Assembly: GCF_021028975.2 (NCBI RefSeq)
Contig: NC_059431.1
Location: 43,090,001 to 43,154,000 of the forward strand
Reading direction: 5' to 3'
Length of the DNA: 64,000 nt
Source: Sphaerodactylus townsendi
Lineage: Eukaryota
This document shows, piece after piece, positions 12,710 to 25,349 of this stretch. A program made the translations under genes and the position numbers. The notes beneath the pieces were generated by a model. It was not told where the DNA came from and did not search any database. It saw nothing but the letters and a program-made list of their open reading frames with translations. Position 1 is the first letter of the stretch. Each line of letters begins with the position of its first letter.

Positions 12710-14042
12710 NNNNNNNNNNNNNNNNNNNNNNNNNNNNNNNNNNNNNNNNATAGGGCCCCCAGAAGTGCACACTCAGACAAAACATCGCTAAAAGATTCAA
12801 ACAAATACCAGTGTACATCGAGAAAGGAGGGGGGGGATGTTGACGAGGAAACTCAGCACCAGAAGCAGCTGAAGGAGTATCTGATCAGTTTCACAACATA
12901 ATTGAAGACTGCAAACAAAATGGAGCTTATCTCTGTGTACCACAGCAGCCAAATGGCACAGGGTTCAAGCTGCACTGACTTTGACAACTGAAGATCATAT
13001 GCATGTGCTTGGGTGCTTTCGTGCAGTGATATCCTGAGATTTGGTAATCTACTTTATATTGCTTGCTCCAGGGACATCCGAGTGATTCAGGATGGAGACA
13101 AACTGTCTTTTTATATGTGGTAAAAACACCTTGGGATAACTTTTCTGAGTCATTGAATCGTGTGAATATTTCAAGCTATGTCAAAATTGAAACAGAAAGT
13201 GCCTACTTTGGAAAGAAGGTCATTCCAGGATGTGGCAAATCATAATCATGACAGAAAGCAAGAGTCAAACAACTGCCAGTGCCTACCCCACACCAAAGCA
13301 ACCCAGAAAAGTGATGCAGAAATGTAAAGTTGCTACCTATGGTGTAGTCATAAAAATCAGTAAAAAACAGAACAAAAAGCTATACTGTGGAACAGTCAAT
13401 AATGTGACAGGCTGACAAAACGGGAGAGCTCAACTTTTCATTGTAAATTCCAAGTCCCTTTTGTATGCAAGGCAAAGCCTGTAAAAATAAGGTGGCTAAA
13501 GGGGAAATGTGAGACCAAAGTCTAAAAATAAATCTTATTATAAAACAAAAGAGTCAGACTTGGAGGCATGATTTGTACAAAAGCACCACCTACTGGCAAC
13601 CTGTTTTTTTAAAATTCCCATATTTTAAAACTAAAACTCACCCTGCTGTAATATATATCTTAATGTGACACTACTCAGAGGCAAGCCATCGACCATTTTC
13701 AGACCCAAGGCAATCCAGCTCTTAGTCCATTCATCAGATTGATTTTACAGTTTGATGCTCTGTAAGTCTGATGCAGGCTTGCTTTTATAGGCACATAAGT
13801 GTTTAGGAGGAGCTAACTGTTATATTCATTGTGACATTCTGACATTTGTTGTTGTTGTACCAGTTGTGAGCTGGCACTGCAGCTTCATCACAAGGCAGGC
13901 AGACATCACAGATATTTAGAATGGGAATGTTTGTATCTTCTATCTTAAGTACCTTACAAAATGCAAAGCAGGCATGGGGAGCAGAGGGGAGAAGAGGAAA
14001 TATAAATAGGCAGTCAAACCCAGTTTGTATAAATGTATCTTA

Positions 14043-14220
14043 CATAGAATCATAGAGTTGGAAGAAACCACAAGGTCCATCAAGTCCAACCCCCTGCCAT
14101 GCAGGAATTCACAATCAAAGCATCTTTGACAGATGGGCATTCAGCCTATGTTTAAAAACCTCTGAAGAACAAAACTCCACTGCCTTCTGAGGCAGTGTAT
14201 TCCACTATCAAACAGTCCTG
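14043..14220 (-). mobile_element. CR1 LINE 3' end
   Basis: Plus-strand catagaatcatagagttggaag is the reverse complement of the CR1 (ATTCTATG) terminal repeat and 3' UTR hairpin. Confidence 0.8.
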
Positions 14221-14223
14221 AGG

Positions 14224-14285
14224 CAGTGGGGGGGCACCCGGAGACAATTTGTCTCCAGGCATCATTTCCCCCCGATACACCTCTG
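14224..14285. mobile_element. Terminal fragment of the hAT family seen at 18702-19647
   Basis: cccggagacaatttgtctccaggcatcatttcccccc resembles 19600-19647. Confidence 0.5.
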
Positions 14286-14526
14286 TTTTGAACTCTTCCC
14301 CCAACTTTCCAATAGGGATCTATGTAGCCGGGGATCAGCACAACTAAGTGACTATTATGGCAAGCCAGCAACACCCATTAAGCTTACTTTAACACTTTTT
14401 AGGAAAGGCCAGACCCATTCTTTGGAACTGTGTTTCAAATGTGCTCTTCACAGAAGTGATTTGTATAGAGATCTTGAGGAGGACATGGGGTACAAGAAAC
14501 CGTTGATAATGAGAATGAACTAGAGC

Positions 14527-14600
14527 AAGAGTGTTCAACTCTGGCCCTCCAGATATTCATTGGATACGATTCCCAACAGCCCCTGCCAGCATGGACAATT
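14527..14600. mobile_element. Left half of the palindromic hAT MITE
   Basis: caagagtgttcaactctggccctccagatattc...cccctgccagcatgg is similar to the 15992 and 17565 copies. Confidence 0.65.
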
Positions 14601-15071
14601 GCTTTGGAGAAAGCTCTGGAATTCAATCTAAAGATATTGTTGCATAAATGGCAGAGCTACTGACAAAAAGCATTGGAGCAAAGCTTGTTGCCCCAGTTGG
14701 CTCTACCACTGGAGGAAAGACACTAAGGAAATCAGTTCTTCTTTCACTGGAGTTAATAGTAACATCTCAGCTGATTCAAATAGAGATAGGTTGCAACTTT
14801 AGACTTCTGCAAACCATTGTACTAAGAACATGTGCAATGGCCATACCATGTACTTCTCTGCAACACTCTCACTGGCAACATATTAAAATGCATCAGTTCA
14901 TTGTACTTTATTAGGTAAATTCTGATTCATAAGAAAAAATGAATACTTGGTGGAGTTTTTCTTTTCTGGCTGCATTGGGTTTGTTTGTATGTTGCACTTC
15001 TGTTAAAAAAAATTCCAGATTTTGCAACAGTAAGTATTACAGGTTTTCCTTCCTACAAAGAACTCTCACAA

Positions 15072-15090
15072 TTGCCACTAGAGGGCAGTA
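15072..15090 (+). promoter_or_regulatory. Candidate CTCF site
   Basis: ttgCCACTAGAGGGCAGta closely matches the CTCF core consensus. Confidence 0.45.
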
Positions 15091-15991
15091 ATGCATGCCC
15101 TTTAACTGACCCCCCCCCCCCCCTTGAAAAAGTGAGGTTTGCTTGCAGGCTGACTTTTAGGCAAAGTTTCTTGAAAGGAATTCCAAATAAATGGTAATAT
15201 GCTTATTACTTACTAGAGGGGGATATTGACAGTTAGAGAAGAGTATAGGTTAATATTGGGTCAAAATGATATGCCACTCTAACATTTATGGAACAAATTG
15301 CTACAGTGTATCTGTCTATCACTGCAAGTCAAATGCTGAAGTATGCATAGTGTGAAACTTTCTGTAGAGAAAACAATACCGAGTTCTAACTAGCATACCC
15401 AAAATACACTAACAAATATTTTTATTTTTATTAGATTTCTATACCACTCCACCCCACCCCTTTTGGCAAAATCACCTTAATATAGTAGATTTGGAAAGTG
15501 ATGGTAATATTCAGGGTTGCCTTTTAGCTGCCACACAGCCCTACAAAAATGCATTCTAAACAGTAGAAGCCGCTTGTACTCTGAAGTGCCCTAGTATTAA
15601 ACATATTTCACTATATGCAGTGGCATAGTACCAATGGGACGGGGTGGTGGTGAGATGCCCCAGGGTACGCACCTGGTAGGAGGGAGAGAGGCTTGGAGGA
15701 GTGAAGTGCAGGTGCTACCACAGGAGTGTGCAGGGCACGTGTGCTGCCCCTGGTGTGCACAAAGTAGTTCCCTTTGATCCAACCCATGCCTACTGTCACA
15801 TGTCCACATGACAAGTACACTATTTGGTCCCTGTACCTTTTAGAGACAGATGGGTGTGCTAGTTCTTAGCCAGATGGCAGAAGTAGGAAGAAGGAGGAGG
15901 TCTTTTAACTGCCCAGCTCACGGGAATCCAAGCACATCCAAAATTATGTCGTTGGGAGATATTACCCTTTTTTGGAATCCACTCTCTAGGT

Positions 15992-16125
15992 CATAGGTGT
16001 CAAACTCGCGGCCCTCCAGATGTTATGACTACAGTTCCCATCATCCTCTGCCAGCATCATGCTGGCAGGGGATGATGGGAATTGTAGTCCATGACATCTG
16101 GAGGGCCGCGAGTTTGACATCTGTG
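15992..16125. mobile_element. Palindromic hAT (Charlie-type) MITE, perfect 8-bp TSD
   Basis: Near-perfect fold-back; TSD ctctaggt at 15984-15991 and 16126-16133. Confidence 0.92.
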
Positions 16126-16145
16126 CTCTAGGTAAACTTGGTTCA

Positions 16146-16147
<2 letters not shown>

Positions 16148-16181
<34 letters not shown>

Positions 16182-16290
16182 TAAACTTTTATACCGCCCC
16201 ATCCCCTAGGGGCTCTGGGCGGTGTACAACAACTTAAAACATAATAAATAAATTATTAAAATCTTTAAAACAGCGGTAACATAATACTGA
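16148..16290 (-). mobile_element. (GATT)n tail plus 3' end of a non-LTR element (L2/SINE-like)
   Basis: (GATT)n at 16148-16179 followed by tttataccgcccc...gggcggtgtaca. Similar ends near 5100-5160 and 43070-43130. Confidence 0.5.
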
Positions 16291-16440
16291 TAGTAATAAT
16301 AATAATTAGCGATGGGAACACAACACTTTCTTTATCAGGGTGCTGTGAATATCAGGAATTCGGTCTAACTGAAACAGAGACATAGAATTGCTACACAATT
16401 ATATCTATGTGTGCATTTGGTGTATTATTGAAATACTATT

Positions 16441-16725
16441 GTGGGTTTTCTGGGCTGCGTAACTGTGGTTTGGTAGTTTGTGCTCCTAATGTTTAACCCG
16501 CATCTTTGGCTGGCATCTTCAGAAGCATGACACTGAAAGATGTGTTTTTCTCCATGGGACTCCACACTGTGCCACAAAAGGAAACACATCTTATCGTGAC
16601 ATGCCTCTGAAGATGCCAGCCACAGATGTGGGCAAACTATTAAGAGAAAAAACTACCAGACTGCAGCCACACAGCTCAGAAAAACCAGAGCTGCCAGTTG
16701 ATTCCGGCTGTGAAAGCCTTTGAAA
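16441..16725. mobile_element. Penelope-like element fragment: inverted pseudo-LTR pair
   Basis: 16441-16545 and ~16578-16690 are inverted copies. Each carries ctgaagatgccagcc, typical of squamate Penelope termini. Confidence 0.65.
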
Positions 16726-17564
16726 TGCTGTAAGCCTGCTATTTATGAGATCTGCAACAGAATGTAAGAAAAACCCTACCGGAGCAGACAAATAGTACAG
16801 CATTCCATTTCCCGCAGTGGCTAACTTGATACTTTGGAAGACATACAACAAAGGCTTGTTACTCTCCTTGTTACTGCCCCAAAAGAGCATATTAGCACTA
16901 GCAGTACTGGGCCCATGTAAACTGAGCAGATTCTGCCACTCTCTGAAGGCCATAGCCTCTACAACTTCCATTTCTGGCACCAGCTCACATATGTGTACAG
17001 CTCTGGAAATCTCTCTCTCTCTGCCTCTCTCAAACAGCCACCCAGTGGCAGAAAATGACACTGCAGACAAAGTGAGAAATGGACTTGTTAGGATAGTTGT
17101 TTAATTTGCATACTTGGAGTTATTTCTTTCATTATGATATCTGTTGTGACTGAGCTATTATACAGTGCTATTGGTGTGTGCTGGCTCTCACATCAAGTTA
17201 CATAAAGGGAGTACAGGAGTATCCATCCAGGAAAAGAAAAAGTTGAGCTGCTAAGGAGGTTTCCATCCAGCTGTTTATGGCTTGCTGGTCCAAGTAAATT
17301 CTTAGTGAGGCCTTGTACAAACATGAAAACTGTTTGTGGTAAGAGAGGTATATATTAGAGTAAGCACTCTCCAATCAGTAGTGATAGGTTGATAATAATG
17401 ATTCAGTATAATGGTGATTCAGAAGCTTGGCCTACCTTGTAACTTTTTTTTTTTACATCTTCCCAGATAGGTAGGGAAGGACTCTGTAATGATAGGGGTT
17501 GCAAAAACAGCTCCAGGTGTATGCCTCTGTAGCAGAAATCAGAAACAGAACTATCCTTATAGAC

Positions 17565-17710
17565 CCGTGATGGCGAACCTTTGGCACTCCAGATGTTATG
17601 GACTACAATTCCCATCAGCCCTTGCCAGCATGGTCAATTGACCACACTGGCAGGGGCTGATGGGAATTGTAGTCCATAACATCTGGAGTGCCAAAGGTTC
17701 GCCACCACTG
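17565..17710. mobile_element. Palindromic hAT MITE
   Basis: TIRs ccgtgatggcgaacc / ggttcgccaccactg; TSD ttatagac / tcatagac (7/8). Another copy begins at 63989 at the window edge. Confidence 0.9.
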
Positions 17711-17934
17711 TCATAGACCAACTAAAAATTGAGGGTTGCCCAAAGGATTTATAGTAACGGTTGGATTTTGTTGATCTATCTAAAGGCAGAAACCCAAAAT
17801 TAATTATGAGAACTGCCAATGTGACTGATCACAACACTGCAATAAAGTTCAAAAAAAGAGTAGGAGATCTTGCGGAGGCTGGACTAGATGCATCAGCGGT
17901 CTTATTCAGCAGGGCACCAGTTACGCTTTTATGT

Positions 17935-19711
17935 TTATATACAGATACCAGCACAAAAGGATTAGTAGTGGTACTGTACCAAACAGCTGATAGAAAAAGA
18001 CAGTCTGTTGCTTTTGTAAAGAGAAGATTCACTAGCAATGAAACCAAGTAGCAAATACATATATTAGAATTCCTGGCCTTGGGGTGGGTTATCACACAAA
18101 AATGTAGGGGTTACTTATCCTTTTCAGGCCTGAACAGACAATAACGCACTTACCTATGTATCCACAACTACCAAGTTGGATGCTACTGGTCACACAAGGG
18201 TAGCTGCACTATTCTTTTATTATGCATTACTTGAGCAAGAAGGGCTAACATGGATGTCTATATCTTAACCCAAGAGTGGCAAGATGACCACCATCCATGC
18301 TGAAGGAGTTATGGACACTACATGAAAAAGATGAATTAAAAACCACAGAATTCCTGGGAAGTGGTATTGCAGAGAATTTGCATATGTGTACTAGAAGCTA
18401 TGCTTCCCATGTCAGCACATAATGCTGCCCTGCAAGTATCACTGCAACCACACCTGAATCCTAGCGAGTGAAGTTCAACAGAGAAACTCTGATATTAAAG
18501 ACATCATCTTAATTGTAAAAAAAAAATGACAGTCTGAACCAAGAGCTGACCTAAGGATTGAAGGAACTCTGAAGTTCCTTAGAGATCAGATTCTATTGGC
18601 TTAATCTGGCAAACAATGTTACCAAAATGCATGAGACCTGCACTCATTGTGTTTGGCAGTAACCCGTACTACCACAGACTAGCTGCTTGATCAATGCCAG
18701 CCTGTGGCGTATCTGCCTGTGGACAAGGGGTGACCCCTGTCCCTGGGCGCAACTAATCTGATCACATGGGGGTGCAAAATTGGCCCCACACATGACCAGA
18801 TGCCTTCAGGAAGACAACGAGGTAGCAGGAAGTCCTGCTGCCTGGTCGTCTTCGAGCTCCCTTGGCCCTGCCCACATTGTCATCGATGTGGGTGGAGCCA
18901 AGGAAGCCCGAACATGATGTCATCTTCAGGCTCCTTTGGCCTTGCCCACATCGTGGGAACAACAACGTGGGTGAGGCAGAGGAAGCCTGAAGATGCTGAG
19001 CCAGCTTCTGTCCTTCCTAGGCCTGGGGAGAGCAAAAGCCATTGTTAGCCTCTGGAGATGTGCTTTTAAAAGCACAGAGGTTGGTGTGGTCCTGCCCCAA
19101 GCCCCACCCCCAGCCTCTGTGCTTTTAAAAGTACATCTCCAGAGGCTGGCAGTGGCTTCTGCTCTCCCCAGGCTCTGGGGAGGGCAGAAGCCAAGGAGAA
19201 AGGAGAGAGTGGGGAGGAGTGGGATGGTGTGACTCCACCCCTGGGAAGGAGTGGCTTGGGGAGGGCCCCCACCTCTAAGCCCCACCCCAGAGTCTCCATG
19301 CTTTTAAAAGTATGTCTCCAGAGGCTGGTAGGGGCTTCTGCTCTCTCCAGGCTCTGGGGAAAACAGAAGCTGGGGAAGGGGCTGGGGGGCATGACCTTGC
19401 CCCTGGGATGGAGGGTCTGGGGCAGGGCCCCACCCACAAGTCTCCCCAGCCTCTGTGCTTTTACAAGCATGTCTCCATAGACTGATAGGGGCTTCTGCTC
19501 TCCCCAAGCTCTGGGGAGGGCAGAAACTGGGGAGCGGGGAGGGAAGGAGGGCCTTGCACCCCGCTCCGAAGCCCCACCCCCCAGGATCATCGGTGGTCGC
19601 CCGGAGAAGTTTGTCTCCGGGCACCATTTTCCCTCCATATGTCTTTGACGCCAACATCAATGGTATGCACTGATTTCTTATCTGTGCAGTCTAATAGTAA
19701 ACATTAGTAAA

Positions 19712-19746
<35 letters not shown>

Positions 19747-20075
19747 GGATCCTTAGTTTGTGTGTGTGTGTAGAGGGATCCTTTGCAGACTGCTCTGAAG
19801 AAGTCACTTAGGTAGACAGATTTTGAGAGCTGCCTATTATGAGAAGTTCTGAACCCAGCATGGATCAAAATGTCCTGGACCACACCGTATCATCTCCAGG
19901 GTGAAACCCACCCCCCACCCCCAATTTTGGGATTAATTGTACCTGGTTTAACATGTCGTGCATCCTGAACTGAAACCAACATAAAACCAACTTGCTACTT
20001 GCCATGATTCCATGAGGTTTATGTCTTACTTTCTGATGTTTGGGAGAGAGACTAGACTTCCTGTAGACCTAGCTT
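17935..20075 (+). mobile_element. Decayed Gypsy LTR-retrotransposon pol (RNase H + integrase)
   Basis: RNase H motifs LYTDTS.KGLVVVLYQ, LEFLALGW, TDNNALTY, KLDATG; integrase Zn region RFYWLNL...CTHC (18548-18653); core DFES...WTTPYHLQG (19819-19902); FLMFGRETRLPVDL (~20030-20072). Stops and frameshifts throughout. The RH-before-INT order is Gypsy-type. Confidence 0.85.
18702..19647. mobile_element. Non-autonomous hAT-type element inserted into the Gypsy integrase
   Basis: Degenerate termini ctgtggcgta / tatgtctttg; 8-bp flanks atgccagc / acgccaac (6/8); GC-rich internal subrepeats ggcttctgctctccccaggctctgggga. Confidence 0.7.
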
Positions 20076-20410
20076 AGGAATTTATTTAATTAATTACTTC
20101 TGCTTCAGTGTGGGTCCCTCTTCCCTCGCACTTCTCCTGGAAATGCTCACAATACCAAGAACATCAGTGAGAAGAAGCTACAGCAAGTTGCTCCTGCAAG
20201 CCAGCTGCACTTTCTGCCAACAGTTAGAAGAAACACATTACAGATGAGAATGTGAAATCATTCTTTGTTGTCTCCTGAAAATTGGGCAGGAACCACAGTG
20301 TTATTGCTTAGGTAGAGAATTCCTTTGAAGAACTGTAATTATTGTCCTAGCCAGCCACCACTACATTAATGACACATGATACATATGCTACTTGCAGGTA
20401 CTGTGACTTA

Positions 20411-20599
<189 letters not shown>

Positions 20600-20620
20600 C
20601 TACATACTTACATTCATTTA

Positions 20621-20928
20621 GGCGGTTTCTGCACAGCATGCTAAAAACATGTAACATGTGTAACACGTTATTAATGAACCTGGTTTTCCCTGTTTGCCTT
20701 TGCACTGGAGATTTCACCCCTCCAGGAAGCAACTGCAAACAGTCCGGGTTGCTGTGGCTCTTTTAGTTTGTCCCCAAAAAATAGGTAGTTTAGCAATTTT
20801 TGTAAAACCTGGGTTGAGGAAAATATAATAGGCTGAACCAGTTTTGGGGAAGAACCCTGTGCAAAGTTCTTCCCCAAAACAGAATAAATAGCTTCCTCAT
20901 TATATATTTGGCCTGTGCAGAAACCACC
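20621..20928. mobile_element. Harbinger-like MITE
   Basis: TIRs ggcggtttctgcacag / ctgtgcagaaaccacc. Confidence 0.65.
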
Positions 20929-21439
20929 ATTCTGTTTCATAACCAGTTACAAGCTTCTATGTCTTCTGTGGTACTAAACTGCATCCCTTTCCCTCCCTAC
21001 CCTCCACCAAGGCAATCCTCTCAAGTCAGTCTTGGGAAACAGACAGGCTGGTTCCTGGAGAATATTCAATTCATAGAATTGCTTGGTGTTCTATGAATGC
21101 ATTCCAGAGAGGTACATGATAGTCTGTTGCAGCCAAAATGTCTGAGTCTTATGACACCGCAAAAACTAGAAAATTGCATCATGGTATCGTGGCAAAGCAA
21201 GCCAGGGCCCATCAGAAAAAAGAGATCACAATAAATGCACTGATTGTTAGGATTTCTGATTGTTTTGAATGTACTGTCACCATCATACACAAATGATGGT
21301 GCTCCCGGTGCTCCCAAGGCACTACTGGACTTAAATCTAACTACCATACACAATTGTATTCTGAAACTGGAGCTGACATTGATTAACATGACTCTTTATC
21401 AAGGCCCCCAGAAAGTTGGAGACACACTTCTTAAGGCTA

Positions 21440-21850
21440 TTGCAGAACAGCATGCAGGCAAAATGAAAATACTGATGCAGCCAACGATTCTGAGGCTTGA
21501 AGAGTGAACCCAAAAGGGATGAGGCCAGGATCTAGACTCATGAGCTATCTTGGCTCTTATATGCTGAGGCCTCTGATGTCACTTCAGGTACAGAAGGGAA
21601 CTTGGGTGCGCAACCTTCCCCTGCAGTACGATCAACCAGGCCTGATATAAATACTGGGAGCCTGATCTTCTGTTGTGCCTAGTCAATAGAGCCATGCACT
21701 TCTGCATTTCAGACTTTACCTTACAGATCTTCTAGATCTTGTGGACCATGACCTCAAGGATATCCCATTACATGATCCAGCCTGGCTCTCCCAAAGCACA
21801 AAGGTGTCAGCCATGTGCCAATGATACTACCTATCCTTTTAGCAGCCCTA
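21440..21850 (+). mobile_element. Possible highly decayed L1 ORF1 relic
   Basis: Scattered peptide echoes in the expected order (EN...RF*GL, ILGA, QIF...T, YPF). Weak and unaligned. Confidence 0.3.
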
Positions 21851-22250
21851 ACAGGCGACATGTGTTTGAGAAATACTGGCACAAGTGTGGATCCTGCAGA
21901 ATATATCTGGAACAACACTAACTTGTGACTATTCATGCAAGATATTCAGAGTGCATGTTACAGCGGGCACCAATGACATTTTTTTTTAAAAAAGCCAGCA
22001 TTCTGTAGAACAGTTTTTATTACTGGTCATCTGAGTGACTCCTAAACTCTCAGGAGCAAATCAGAGATGTTTCAGTTCCTTAGGAGGACTTCTTATGACG
22101 ATATATAACCCAAACACATTTCTTCCCACAATTCAGAATTGCAATTTCTTTCATTCAAAGTATTTGTAATTTGAATTTTCTGTCAGCCAAAAGTTTTTTA
22201 AAGACTACAAAAACATTGTATGTTTCTGGCTTTCCCCCCACTGCAATCTA

Positions 22251-22412
<162 letters not shown>

Positions 22413-23692
22413 TTAAAGTAAGTAAAAGAAACATATTAATGGCAAGACACAAAACCGTTGAAATAAACTGGATTAGTTTATATTATATACAAATGTATAA
22501 AGATTTACAAAATTAATCTTTTCTCATGTAGCGTTTATGAACTCTGCCAATCCTATGATATACAATCTTTCAAGAGACTAACTGTCACCATAGTAACTCA
22601 TTACATCAGAATCTCCTAGGTAACCAACATATAAGATTCCTCCCCCTCCCACTGGTAGAAAACCGATTGTATGGTTAATGGATGGAATAGCATACCCATT
22701 TTGTTTAGGTACTGTTACTGAAATACAAAAGGTTATAAAAACCATGATAACAGCCCTTCTCCTCTGCATTTATACTTCATTTACACTTTAAAAGGTATTT
22801 TATATATAGATACACACATGATTAGTTGTGCCCAAATGAAAGGGGAATACACTTAAATGGTTTCCATTGAAACTAGTGCAGCTAGGTGGTATCCACACTT
22901 GGATGCACATCTGACTTAAGCTTTGTGTTCTTTATCCAACAAGTGCAATGCCCAATCCAACAAGTGCAGTCATCTGTTTGCATACAGAAATCTCCTTAGA
23001 TGGTCAGAGCATTTGTGTTTAAAACTAACAAGCCTTACTGTACAGCAAGGCTGCATGACAGGTTTTCACCAGCAGATGGTGCTATGGCCACTTCATTCTC
23101 ATCCATGCCAAAAGTTACCGGTACCTAAAGAATACTTTAGCAAAACACCCTTCCTGTATCTCCCTTGTGTTGGATACTAAAGTGCACAAATTAAGCCATG
23201 AAACTTTTAAAAACTATAAAATGTTCTATATAGATGTTACACAACTGTGGGACTCATAAGAAATCACTAGAACAATATTAACAATGATATTCGCAAACAT
23301 CTAACTTTTTTAGCATGAACATTTAGAATACACTGAACACCTTTCAATCCTTCATTTGTAAGAACTGATGGAAAGTTACAGGACTTTTGATTAGGTCTGG
23401 CCTCTTCCCTTGAATGAGTGGAAAGTGCTTCTTTGCATGCAAGGAGGAGGTGGCCTCAACTTCTACAGATTTTTCCCTCCTGCAAAAACCTCTCCAACCA
23501 ATAGCAATGATTTGGTGCGGAGGGACAGGACACTGCAGCAGGTAGGAAGAAAATGGAAAAATTGTTCAGGGTTTATAGGATCCAACCCACTGCTTTGAAC
23601 TTTAGGGGAAAAAAATTCACGGCAAGCATTTTCCATTTTAACTGCTTACACAGTGTGGGAAAAACAGGCAAACAAGCATCATTCTCACTTAC

Positions 23693-23716
23693 CAACAGCA
23701 GATCAACATCCTCAGA
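23693..23716 (-). CDS. MEF2C: MEF2C beta micro-exon (24 nt, SEDVDLLL)
   Basis: tgtcag|tct gag gat gtt gat ctg ctg ttg|gtaagt. Frame-neutral; the peptide is the known MEF2C beta segment. Confidence 0.95.
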
Positions 23717-25052
23717 CTGACAGCATAAGAAAAGAGGATGCATAGTTAGCAAAAGTAGTTCTATTAAAATGTGCTGCTTGCCTATCCTAGAAGGCATCAC
23801 TTCATTGCAAAATACAGCAGGGTGACTCTCTTGCAACCTAGGGATTCTGGTATCAACTCCCTATTAAAATTTGATCGATCTGAATAAATGGCTCGTAGCT
23901 CGTAGGGTCATTCAATTTGGAACAAAGCTCCACATTCAGCATTCCCTATTTTCCTAATCCAACATTGGTCTCCAAGGTGAAGACAAACATATGCAGCTTT
24001 TAGCACTGGTCTTTGTCTTGTCAGTCATAACGACATCCTCCTCTGCCCCAGCAGCTGCCTGCAAATATTGTAAAGTAGCACTCAATTGCCAGAACCCGGC
24101 CAAAGGACTCTTTGTAAAGTATCATCGGTTTAAGGGTCTTCGGAATATATCATTTGATAGAGATACTGTGTCACTCCTTCATCAGCTGGAGGGCAGCCCC
24201 AGGAGAGATAGTATTTATTGCTCTTTGTGGCATCCAAGGGGAGTGTTGCATTTATGGGGTTTTAGTTGGACTATCAGGGTTACTTTATGTGCATCATGCT
24301 AGCAGCTAACATAGAACAGTTTAAATCACTGTTTTACATAATGGAAAAAACTCACTGTTTGCCTCATTTAGATTTGCCATCAGGATCTTCTTTTAAACCA
24401 ATCCTACCTTTAAATATCATGTTTCTCATGAAAGTGGTTATACAATTCCTAGTGATGCTTTTTTTGCAACAAAATTGAATGATGGGTTCTCTAATGAGTC
24501 TTTATGCCTCAACTTTCTGATGGAGCCTTCTATCAGTACGCAATTAGGTTCTAGTTTTTGAAATATTTATCATTGGCAAACTGACAGCATCAAATTAACA
24601 AACTTTGCTTATATATCTCTCTTATACAGTCACTGTTGTCCCAACTATATTAAACTAACAGTATTTTGAGCTCAGTGAAGTCATAAATTGTTGTTCTTTC
24701 AATTAAATGCAACGGGCTAACATCTACTAAGGTGAGCTTCCACAATCTGGGTAAAAAGTAATAAAAAGAAAAGGAAAAAATTGAAAAAATGGAAGGAAGG
24801 AAGGGAGGGAGGGAGGGAGGGAGGGAGGGAGGGAGTAAGAGCAAAACTATTCAGAAGACAACAGGTTTTGCTTAGAAAAATCTCCAGGGCCCTGAAGTTA
24901 ATAATCTAGTATTCCTCAAATCCTATGCACAAGGATATTGTTTGATCTCAGTGTACACATGTGGAAGCCTGAGCAATTCTGTTCTCAAGCTTATGGAGGC
25001 CCACAATGAACATCAGACCATGCCTTCTGAAAGGGAAGGAAGAAAAGCCTTA

Positions 25053-25349
<297 letters not shown>

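Noticed and set aside
16763-17202. 5' LTR of the Gypsy relic (TGTAAG...GTTACA)
   Set aside because: No second copy, PBS or TSD was found; plausible but unsupported.
24125-24200. Possible hammerhead on the minus strand (CTGATGA...stem...CGAAG) upstream of the beta exon
   Set aside because: It lacks GAAA, and no stem I or stem III partner follows.
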